Shown piece after piece: positions 56,410 through 64,000 of a stretch of 64,000 nt of DNA; position 1 is the first letter of the stretch; the number at the start of each line of letters is the position of its first letter. The notes under the pieces were generated by a model, which was given only the letters and a program-made list of their open reading frames with translations, was not told where the DNA came from and ran no database searches. The stretch is from assembly GCA_016288055.1 (NCBI GenBank), contig JAEEXZ010000003.1:10553-74552 (forward strand), given 5' to 3'. The stretch comes from Bacteroidales bacterium. GTDB taxonomy: Bacteria; Bacteroidota; Bacteroidia; Bacteroidales; UBA932. The position numbers were made by a program, and so were the translations under genes.

Positions 56410-57975
56410 CTACTCGAGCTTATCCCCTTTCTCATTGAACATTTCATGTTGGAGGACGGTGAAATCCGTAACTTCAACCAAGTCTATCCTGATCTTGTAG
56501 CGCTTGCGCCACCGGGACAGGAAGGAATTGAACAGGCCACGCTTCAGATAGGCGCCCAGAATGGGACTCGTCTTGAGCGTGAAACTGCGGACACCCTTTT
56601 CGATGGAATAGAACGCCAGTTTGCGCTCGATTTCTTCATCGATAACCGCGCTGGAAGTGATCTTGCCGGTTCCGTGACAGACAGGACACTGCTCGGACGT
56701 GTTGATTTCGGTAACGGGCCGGATTCGCTGGCGGGTGATTTGCATCAGCCCGAATTTGGTCAGCGGAAGCACATTGTGCTTGGCCCTGTCGGCTTCCATC
56801 AGCTCCTGCATATACTTGTGGAGGGCATTTTTGTGCTCGTTGGTTTCCATGTCGATGAAATCCACGATTACGATACCTCCCATATCCCGGAGCCTCAGCT
56901 GCCGTGCAATCTCTTCTGCGGCGATCTTGTTAACCTCGAAGGAATTCTCTTCCTGGTCGGCGGTCTTGGTACGGATGCCGCTGTTCACGTCAATTACGTT
57001 CAGCGCTTCGGTGGTTTCGATTACCAGATAAGCGCCCTGCCGCATGGGAACCACCTTGCCGAAGGAGCCCTTGATCTGACGAGTAACCTCGAAATGATCG
57101 TAGATGGGCTGCTTGCCTTCGTAGAGATGGACAATCTTTTCCTGTTCCGGAGATATCAGGGAGACGTACTTCCGGGCTTCTTCGGCCACCCGTTCATCAT
57201 TGATCCAGATATTGGAGAACGAGTCGTTGAGGAGATCCCTCAACACGGTAGTCGTCTTGCTGTATTCCGTAAAGAGCAGCTGGACATTCTTGTTCGTGGC
57301 AATCTTCTTCCAGGAGCCTTCCCATTTCTCGATGAGGGATTCCGTCTCTGCAACCAGCGTGGCGGCGTTTTTGCCTTCCGCCGCGGTGCGGATGATGGCC
57401 CCGTAGTTCTTGGGGAGGATACTCCTGACGAGTGTCTCGAGTCTACGTTTCTCTTCCTTCGATCCAATCTTCTGGGAGATGGACACTTTCTCTGCGAAGG
57501 GGAGAAGTACGATGTTACGTCCTGCCAATGAAATTTCCGCAGTCAGTCGCGATCCCTTGGTGGAGATGGGCTCCTTGACAATCTGAGCCACAATCATCTG
57601 TCCGGGACGGAGGAACTCTTCTATACGGCCCTCCTTGGGAAGGGCTGTGCCAATCTTGATCCTGGAATACAGGTCCTTGAGATTGGTATTTCCGTTGGAT
57701 TCCCGCACGAACTGGTCGAAGGCGGGGAAGTAAAGTCCCAGGTCCAGGTAATGGATGAAGGCTTCTTTCTTGTCGCCGATGTCCACAAAGGCAGCATTGA
57801 GGTTCGGGAGAATCTTTTTCACCTTACCCAGGTGAACGTCTCCGACAGTGAACTTGTTCCCAGTGCTGGACTCCGTGTTGTACTCTATCAGCCGATGGTT
57901 TTCCATCAAGGCGATGTGTACCTCCGACGCCGAAACGTCGACAATCAGATCCTTGTCCGGTTTCTCAGACTCCAT
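56410..57975 (-). CDS. rng: Ribonuclease E/G family
   Basis: S1 domain AAFVDIG, KEPISTKG, IDVNSG and QLRLRDMGGIVIVDFIDM. Confidence 0.93.
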   Translation of the reverse strand: MESEKPDKDLIVDVSASEVHIALMENHRLIEYNTESSTGNKFTVGDVHLGKVKKILPNLNAAFVDIGDKKEAFIHYLDLGLYFPAFDQFVRESNGNTNLKDLYSRIKIGTALPKEGRIEEFLRPGQMIVAQIVKEPISTKGSRLTAEISLAGRNIVLLPFAEKVSISQKIGSKEEKRRLETLVRSILPKNYGAIIRTAAEGKNAATLVAETESLIEKWEGSWKKIATNKNVQLLFTEYSKTTTVLRDLLNDSFSNIWINDERVAEEARKYVSLISPEQEKIVHLYEGKQPIYDHFEVTRQIKGSFGKVVPMRQGAYLVIETTEALNVIDVNSGIRTKTADQEENSFEVNKIAAEEIARQLRLRDMGGIVIVDFIDMETNEHKNALHKYMQELMEADRAKHNVLPLTKFGLMQITRQRIRPVTEINTSEQCPVCHGTGKITSSAVIDEEIERKLAFYSIEKGVRSFTLKTSPILGAYLKRGLFNSFLSRWRKRYKIRIDLVEVTDFTVLQHEMFNEKGDKLE

Positions 57976-58052
57976 GTGGAAATTTAATGGTACTTTAATA
58001 AAAGGAAGGGCTCGCGGATTGCTCCGTGAGACCCTTTTTCGTGAAGAAGAAA

Positions 58053-58145
58053 TTACTTCTTCTTGTGGCGGTTCTTGCGCAAGCGCTTTTTACGCTTGTG
58101 CGTCGCCATCTTATGTCTCTTTCTTTTCTTACCGCTAGGGCACAT
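58053..58145 (-). CDS. 30S ribosomal protein bS22 (AURKAIP1/COX24 family), 30 aa
   Basis: Read manually: MCPSGKKRKRHKMATHKRKKRLRKNRHKKK*, between HU and rng. Confidence 0.88.
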   Translation of the reverse strand: MCPSGKKRKRHKMATHKRKKRLRKNRHKKK

Positions 58146-58170
58146 AGTAATAATGGTTTATAAATTAAAA

Positions 58171-58449
58171 TTATTTCTCCTTAACAGCGTTAACGAAGAC
58201 CTTTGCCGGTTTGAAAGCCGGGATGTTGTGGGCGGGAATCACCATGGTCGTCTTGCGGGTGATGTTGCGGGCGGCCTTCTGGGCGCGGTGCTTGATGATG
58301 AAGCTGCCGAAGCCACGCATATAAACGGGTTCGCCGGCGATCAGGGAGCCTTTAACGACATTAGTGAATTCTTCTACAACGGCCAGGACCTGGGATTTCT
58401 CGATACCGGTGGTCTTGGCGACTTCGCTTACAATTTCTGCCTTAGTCAT
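58171..58449 (-). CDS. HU/IHF family DNA-binding protein
   Basis: MTKAEIV, RGFGSF, ARNI and PAFKP. Confidence 0.95.
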   Translation of the reverse strand: MTKAEIVSEVAKTTGIEKSQVLAVVEEFTNVVKGSLIAGEPVYMRGFGSFIIKHRAQKAARNITRKTTMVIPAHNIPAFKPAKVFVNAVKEK

Positions 58450-58617
58450 GTTTTTATAGTTTTGATGTTTAGTTTATCCCACTCGAAAAACTGCGCAAAA
58501 TTAGGCTTAATTTTTCATTTTTCAAAATGTTAGGATGAAAAAATGTCAAAATCCAGACGTGGCACAAAGATTGACAATATAGGCCTCCGGTGTATTGTGC
58601 ACCTATAATATGACAAA

Positions 58618-61032
58618 ATGTCAGTAAGTATGAAGCAACCCCTTGGATTTAACGCCCCCGCTGGCGTAGAAGTAAATATAATGCCGGTTATCGGTGAAGC
58701 ATCGGCCCTGAAAACGGACCTCTCGCAGCTGCCGGAAGTGCTGCCTGTCCTCACGCTCCGCAATGCTGTCATCTTCCCCGGTACCGTATTCCCTGTCACG
58801 GTAGGCCGCGACAAGTCCATCAAGCTGGTCTCGGACGTCGAGGACGGCACCGGATGGTTGGCCGCCGTGCCCCAGATGGACGTTTCCGTCGAGGATCCGG
58901 TGGAGGAAGACCTCTGCCGCTACGGCACCATCTGCAAACTCATCAAGACGCTGGAAATGCCCGACGGTACGGTCACTGCCATCCTGCAGGGATCGGCCCT
59001 CGCGGAGCTGAATACCATCGTCAGCTACGACCCTTATATTACCGCCCGTCTGAACATCCTCGAAGAGGTGGTCCCCGCCGGGGCCGATGAACGCGAGCTC
59101 CGCGTCCTGGGCGACGCCCTCAAGGAAAAGGCCGCCCTCATCGTGAAATCCTCCTCCTTCGCCCCGAAGGAAGCCATCGGCGCGCTGGGAAGCATCGACA
59201 ACTTCCACTTCCTGGTGAACTTCATCGCCACCACCATCGAGGTGGAGAACTTCCAGGAGCGCACCCAGCTGCTGGGTATCACCGACATCCAGGAGCGTGC
59301 CCTGGCCCTGCTGAAGGTCCTGGACACCCAGACCCAGTTGCTGCAGATCAAGCAGGAAATCAACCAGAAGGTAAAGACGGACATTGACCAGCAGCAGCGC
59401 GAATACTACCTCAACAACCAGCTGCGCACCATCCAGGAAGAACTGGGCATGGACGAAGGCGAGGAGATGGAGAAGATGCGCCGCAAGGCCGACGAGAAAA
59501 AATGGTCCAAGGAGGTGAGGGCCATCTTCGACAAGGAAATGGCCCGCCTGGAGAAATTCAACCCCTCTTCCCCGGACTACAGCATCCAGCTCACCTTCCT
59601 GCAGTTCATGCTGGACCTGCCCTGGGGCGAGATGTCGGACGACAACCTGGACCTCAAGCACGCCCAGGAGGTCCTGGACGAGGATCACTTCGGCCTGGAG
59701 AATGTCAAGGACCGTATCATCGAGTACCTGGCCGTCCTTAAGCTGAAGGGCAACATGCGTTCCCCCATCCTGTGCCTGTGGGGTCCTCCCGGAGTGGGCA
59801 AGACGTCCCTCGGCAAGTCCGTCGCCCGCGCCCTCGGACGCAAGTACATCCGTATTTCCCTGGGCGGCATGCACGACGAGGCCGAGATCCGCGGTCACCG
59901 CAAGACCTACGTGGGCGCCCTCCCGGGCCGGATCCTGAGCGGCATCCAGCGCGCCGGGACGTCCAACCCCGTCATCGTCCTGGACGAAATCGACAAACTG
60001 TCGTCGGACTTCAAGGGAGACCCTTCCAGCGCCCTGCTGGAGGCCCTGGACCCGGAGCAGAACAGCACCTTCCATGACAATTACCTGGACGTGGACTACG
60101 ACCTCTCCAACGTCCTGTTCATCACCACCGCCAACGGAATCGGAACCATCCAGCCGGCCCTGAAGGACCGCATGGAGATGATCAACGTAAGCGGTTATCT
60201 GGCCGAAGAGAAACTCCAGATCGCCCACAAGTATCTGGTTCCCAAGCAGCTCACCGAGCACGGCCTCAAGTCCGACGAACTCTCCTTCACCGACGAAGCC
60301 TTGCAGCATATCGTGGACGAATACACCCACGAGAGCGGCGTACGTTCGCTGGAGAAGCAGATTGCGAAGGTGGCCCGCGTCACCGCCAAGAAGATGGCGA
60401 TGGGCGAGGAGTTCCCCCGCACCATCGGCCCGGAACATCTGAAGGAGTATCTCGGCCTTCCCACCGCCTACCACGACGACGTGAAGGGCAATGAGGGCGT
60501 GGGTGTCGTCACCGGCCTTGCGTGGACGGAGATGGGCGGCGAAGTGCTCTTCGTGGAAAGCCAGGTGAGCAGCGGCAAGGGCAACCTGTCCATGACCGGC
60601 AACCTGGGAGACGTCATGAAGGAAAGCGCCCAGATTGCCTGGCAGTACATCAAGGCCCACCCGGAGCTGGCAGGCATGACCACGGAGGACTTCATGGCCA
60701 AAGATATCCACATCCACGTTCCGGAAGGCGCCGTCCCCAAGGACGGCCCCTCCGCCGGTATCACCATGGTCAGTTCCATGGTGAGCGCTCTCCGCGGAAA
60801 AGCTCCGCGCAGCGGAATTGCCATGACCGGCGAAATGACCCTGCGCGGCCGTGTACTGCCGGTGGGAGGCATCAAGGAGAAGATCCTCGCCGCCAAACGC
60901 GCCGGCGTTAACACCATCGTCATTTCGGAAGAAAACCGAAAAGATGTGGAAGATATCAAGGAAATTTACATAAAAGGTCTTATCTTTGTCTATGTGAAAA
61001 CGATAGCAGACGTTATCGACTTCATTTTTTAG
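58618..61032 (+). CDS. lon: ATP-dependent protease La
   Basis: LON N-domain, [17 protein letters not shown] and GGIKEK. Confidence 0.97.
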   Translation: MSVSMKQPLGFNAPAGVEVNIMPVIGEASALKTDLSQLPEVLPVLTLRNAVIFPGTVFPVTVGRDKSIKLVSDVEDGTGWLAAVPQMDVSVEDPVEEDLCRYGTICKLIKTLEMPDGTVTAILQGSALAELNTIVSYDPYITARLNILEEVVPAGADERELRVLGDALKEKAALIVKSSSFAPKEAIGALGSIDNFHFLVNFIATTIEVENFQERTQLLGITDIQERALALLKVLDTQTQLLQIKQEINQKVKTDIDQQQREYYLNNQLRTIQEELGMDEGEEMEKMRRKADEKKWSKEVRAIFDKEMARLEKFNPSSPDYSIQLTFLQFMLDLPWGEMSDDNLDLKHAQEVLDEDHFGLENVKDRIIEYLAVLKLKGNMRSPILCLWGPPGVGKTSLGKSVARALGRKYIRISLGGMHDEAEIRGHRKTYVGALPGRILSGIQRAGTSNPVIVLDEIDKLSSDFKGDPSSALLEALDPEQNSTFHDNYLDVDYDLSNVLFITTANGIGTIQPALKDRMEMINVSGYLAEEKLQIAHKYLVPKQLTEHGLKSDELSFTDEALQHIVDEYTHESGVRSLEKQIAKVARVTAKKMAMGEEFPRTIGPEHLKEYLGLPTAYHDDVKGNEGVGVVTGLAWTEMGGEVLFVESQVSSGKGNLSMTGNLGDVMKESAQIAWQYIKAHPELAGMTTEDFMAKDIHIHVPEGAVPKDGPSAGITMVSSMVSALRGKAPRSGIAMTGEMTLRGRVLPVGGIKEKILAAKRAGVNTIVISEENRKDVEDIKEIYIKGLIFVYVKTIADVIDFIF

Positions 61033-61035
61033 ACA

Positions 61036-61704
61036 ATGGACGTAAAGATCGAAGATTCTTGGAAAAACGCACTTGCAGGCGAATTCGAAAAACCGTATTT
61101 CGCTTCGCTGGTGCGGTTTCTGCATGAAGAAAAGGCCGCCGGAAAGGTCATCTACCCTCCCGGAAGCCAGATATTCCATGCTTTCGACCTCACGCCCGTG
61201 GACCAGGTGAAAGTGGTCATCCTGGGCCAGGACCCCTACCACAATCCCGGAGAGGCCATGGGCCTTTCGTTCTCCGTTCCGGACGGCGTGCGCATGCCGC
61301 CCTCCCTCCGCAACATCTACAAGGAAATCGAGACAGACCTCGGCATCCGGATGAGCGGGCGTCCCAACCTCGAAGGCTGGGCCCGGCAGGGAGTGCTCCT
61401 GCTCAACAGCTTCCTTACGGTGGAGGCCGGGAAAGCCGCCTCGCACCGGGACATCGGCTGGCAGCAGTTCACCGACGCGGTCATCAGCTATCTGTCGGCC
61501 CACGGGGAAGGCATCGTCTTCCTGCTGTGGGGCAACTTCGCCAAGAACAAGTCGGCGCTCATCGACACCACGCGGCACCATGTGCTCACGGCGGCGCACC
61601 CCTCTCCCCTGGCGGGCGGGGCGTTCTTCGGCTGCAAGCATTTTTCCCGCACCAACCAAATCCTCGAAAGCGAGGGTAAAACCCCCATCAACTGGCAACT
61701 ATGA
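61036..61704 (+). CDS. ung: Uracil-DNA glycosylase
   Basis: GQDPYH, GVLLLN and HPSPL. Confidence 0.97.
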   Translation: MDVKIEDSWKNALAGEFEKPYFASLVRFLHEEKAAGKVIYPPGSQIFHAFDLTPVDQVKVVILGQDPYHNPGEAMGLSFSVPDGVRMPPSLRNIYKEIETDLGIRMSGRPNLEGWARQGVLLLNSFLTVEAGKAASHRDIGWQQFTDAVISYLSAHGEGIVFLLWGNFAKNKSALIDTTRHHVLTAAHPSPLAGGAFFGCKHFSRTNQILESEGKTPINWQL

Positions 61705-62159
61705 AACGCAAAGCCCTTTTCCCCGGCTCTTTCGATCCCTTTACGGCCGGCCACCTGAATATTCTCAAACGCGCACTCACCATGTTTGACGAGGTTGTCA
61801 TCGCCGTGGGCATCAACCAGGACAAACGCGGTTTCTTCGACATGGACAAGCGCCTGAGCATCATCCGCCAGGCCACCGCCGGCATGGAGGGCGTGAGCGT
61901 CATCCAATACGACAACCTCACCATCGACACCTGCCGGCAGCTGGGCATCCGGCACATCGTGCGCGGCGTGCGCAACATGATCGACTTCGAGACCGAACGT
62001 TCCATCGCCGACGCAAACCGTCGCCTGGCCCCGGAAATCGAGACCCTCATCATCCCTACCGCACAGGAGTTCGCACATATCTCCTCTTCCGCCGTGCGGG
62101 ACATCCTCAAGCATGGCGGGGATTATTCGGCATTTATCCCTGAAGGCGTTGTATTATGA
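61701..62159 (+). CDS. coaD: Phosphopantetheine adenylyltransferase
   Basis: FPGSFDPFTAGH, VRGVR...DFE.E and ISSS.VR. Confidence 0.96.
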   Translation: MKRKALFPGSFDPFTAGHLNILKRALTMFDEVVIAVGINQDKRGFFDMDKRLSIIRQATAGMEGVSVIQYDNLTIDTCRQLGIRHIVRGVRNMIDFETERSIADANRRLAPEIETLIIPTAQEFAHISSSAVRDILKHGGDYSAFIPEGVVL

Positions 62160-63610
62160 AAAAATGGCTTATCGCTGCGCTGCTCTGCGCTTTGACATGG
62201 AGCCTGCGGGCTCAGGAGCCCTACCCCGAGCTGGGCGCCAAACTGGAAGAATACTTCACGGCCCTGTCCGGGGAACCGGCCGCCGTGCAGAATGCGGAAT
62301 GTGATTTCCTCATCAGTTCCTGCCAGGATTCCCTGGTCCGCGAGTATGTCGCCCGCAAGATCTACAGCCACTACTATCGTTCCCACATCATGGGGGACGA
62401 CGCCGTTGCCGTTCATGTTGCCCGGAAATGGTTTCTCTCCGGAGAAATCGCCATGGCCTCCGAGGAAGACCTTGAGGCCGCAAAGATATTCGTGACGTTC
62501 AACAGCAGCTCGCTCATCGGGGCCGATGCTCCCCTGCTCACCCTCTTCGCCCCCTCCGGCGAAAAGGTCACCCTTCCGCAGAGCGGGTCCTTCAGCGTAC
62601 TGTACTTCTACGATACGGGCTGCGCCTCCTGCAAGCTGGAGACGCTCCGCCTGGAGCAGCTCGTCGCATCGGCCGAATATGACGTGAAGGTTTACGCCAT
62701 CTACACAGGCGCCGACGAAGCCTCCTGGAAGGCCTATCAGAAAGATTTCGAGGGGGTCACCCACGTTTGGGACCCGTCCGTCAGCTCCGACTGGCAGCTC
62801 AAGTACGGCGTCCTGAAGACTCCTTCCATGTTCCTGGTCTCCCCCACCGGGGTCATCATCGGCCGCGGGCTGGATACGCCCGCCCTTCGGATCCTCCTCA
62901 ACCAGCAATTCTCCGCCAGCCACTACGTATATGGCGAAGCCTCCCAGATGGAACGCTACAACCAGCTGTTCAGCGCCTTCGGCGACAGCCTCTCGGTGCG
63001 GCACATCATGGAAGTGGCCGACTATCTCGCCGCCCGCACCTTCGGGGAGGGAGACATGGATTCCTTCAAGCAGGTGGCCGGAGACCTGGTGTACTATCTT
63101 TCCTCCCGCAGGGAAGAAGTGTACCATGACGCATACAAACCCTTCTACGACAAGTATATCGCCGCCCTTCCGGATGTCTGGAACACGGAAGACGACAAGT
63201 CGCAGGTGGTTTCCTTCGCCCAGATGCAGGTAGAGCTCGCATCCCGCACGCCCGTGGGAAGCCTGGTGCCGGACATCACGGTGCCGGGAACCCTGCGCCG
63301 CCGTCCCTGCCTATTCCGTAAGGGAACCAAGGAAGGCAACTTCTCCCTCCGCCGTCTCAAGGGCCGTCCCGCCTATGTCGTGTTCTACACCGGCGGCTGC
63401 ACCGCCTGCAAGGAAACGCTGGAGGCCGTTGACGCCCTGGTCGCCCGTGACCGCCGCGCCAAGGTGCTGCTGGTGGATATGGACGCGCTCCTTACCGACA
63501 ACCCCGAAACGGGACGCCTGCTGCTGGACAGCTTCGACCTCTCCGGCATGCCTTTCACCATCCAGCTGAACCGGGACGGCGTAGTCGAACACCGCTACGT
63601 AATCCTCTGA
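62156..63610 (+). CDS. Exported protein with two thioredoxin-like domains
   Basis: Signal peptide; FYDTGCASC and FYTGGCTAC motifs. Confidence 0.75.
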   Translation: MKKWLIAALLCALTWSLRAQEPYPELGAKLEEYFTALSGEPAAVQNAECDFLISSCQDSLVREYVARKIYSHYYRSHIMGDDAVAVHVARKWFLSGEIAMASEEDLEAAKIFVTFNSSSLIGADAPLLTLFAPSGEKVTLPQSGSFSVLYFYDTGCASCKLETLRLEQLVASAEYDVKVYAIYTGADEASWKAYQKDFEGVTHVWDPSVSSDWQLKYGVLKTPSMFLVSPTGVIIGRGLDTPALRILLNQQFSASHYVYGEASQMERYNQLFSAFGDSLSVRHIMEVADYLAARTFGEGDMDSFKQVAGDLVYYLSSRREEVYHDAYKPFYDKYIAALPDVWNTEDDKSQVVSFAQMQVELASRTPVGSLVPDITVPGTLRRRPCLFRKGTKEGNFSLRRLKGRPAYVVFYTGGCTACKETLEAVDALVARDRRAKVLLVDMDALLTDNPETGRLLLDSFDLSGMPFTIQLNRDGVVEHRYVIL

Positions 63611-63615
63611 CGCCC

Positions 63616-63846
63616 ATGGCACGCAAGAAGAAAATCCCCGGCGTAGATCCGGCTTACCTCGAAAAACAGAAAGCCCTGCTGCTTCGCAAGAACCGGCAGG
63701 TGCTCTATTTCAACGACAGCGAGATGGCCGCCATTGACGAATACTGTTCCCGCTTCAAGGTACACGCGAAAGGAGTTCTCTTCCGCGAGGCCATCATGTC
63801 CAAAATCCTGACGGAGCTGGAAGAAAATCACCCCACCCTCTTTTGA
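63616..63846 (+). CDS. Small hypothetical protein (possibly ribbon-helix-helix)
   Basis: Follows the operon after a 5-nt gap; FNDSE..AI..YC...FREAI...PTLF. Confidence 0.7.
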   Translation: MARKKKIPGVDPAYLEKQKALLLRKNRQVLYFNDSEMAAIDEYCSRFKVHAKGVLFREAIMSKILTELEENHPTLF

Positions 63847-63883
63847 ATTATCGAAAAAGGGTAGTATCTTTGCTGCCCGGTAT

Positions 63884-63954
63884 TGAACTGTGGTGTAATG
63901 GTAGCACTAGGGATTTTGGTTCCCTCAGTCAGCGTTCGAATCGCTGCAGTTCAA
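63884..63954 (+). tRNA. tRNA-Gln(TTG)
   Basis: Acceptor TGAACTG/CAGTTCA, anticodon arm AGGGA-TTTTGGT-TCCCT and TTCGAAT; TATCTTTG promoter at 63865-63872. Confidence 0.95.
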
Positions 63955-63994
63955 CAAAGAAAGCTCCCTCGAAAGGGAGCTTTCTTTGTTGAAC
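63949..63994 (+). terminator. tRNA-Gln terminator hairpin
   Basis: Perfect 21-bp IR (63949-63969 / 63974-63994) overlapping the tRNA 3' end. Confidence 0.75.
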
Positions 63995-64000
63995 GCGCCC

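Noticed and set aside
24477-61698. Very long antisense ORFs (24477-27902, 34574-38728, 41406-43316, 43570-45246, 58621-61698 and others)
   Set aside because: They are shadow frames of high-GC3 genes with clear family motifs on the opposite strand, and have no recognisable motifs of their own.

Overview
High-GC Bacteroidales chromosome segment. The lineage call rests on TAnnTTTG promoters, a SusC/SusD pair and bS22; a rumen/gut Cryptobacteroides-like origin is inferred. From left to right the window holds: a TolC gene and an AraC regulator; a MurU/AmgK-RapZ pair; tRNA-Val; an ECF-sigma/FecR-controlled SusC/SusD locus whose only recognisable enzymes are phosphodiester glycosidases (NAGPA/DUF2233), one fused to a histidine phosphatase; an AT-rich two-gene islet beside tRNA-Ser; housekeeping genes (lspA, dksA-like, ileS, tsaB, HIT, greA, ribF); a glycogen operon with a GT3 synthase-GT35 phosphorylase fusion; then xseAB, nadE, der, an eptA-like gene, prs, engB, tadA, alr, rng, bS22, HU, lon, ung, coaD and tRNA-Gln. 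The most unusual element lies between greA and ribF: an HUH/Y1 (RAYT-like) gene plus a small unknown ORF, bracketed by two arrays of the heptamer GCAGGTG/CACCTGC. There are 28 copies on a strict 22-bp lattice with variable 15-nt spacers. REP-like elements also sit in frame inside ribF. All calls come from reading motifs by eye; no database searches were run.
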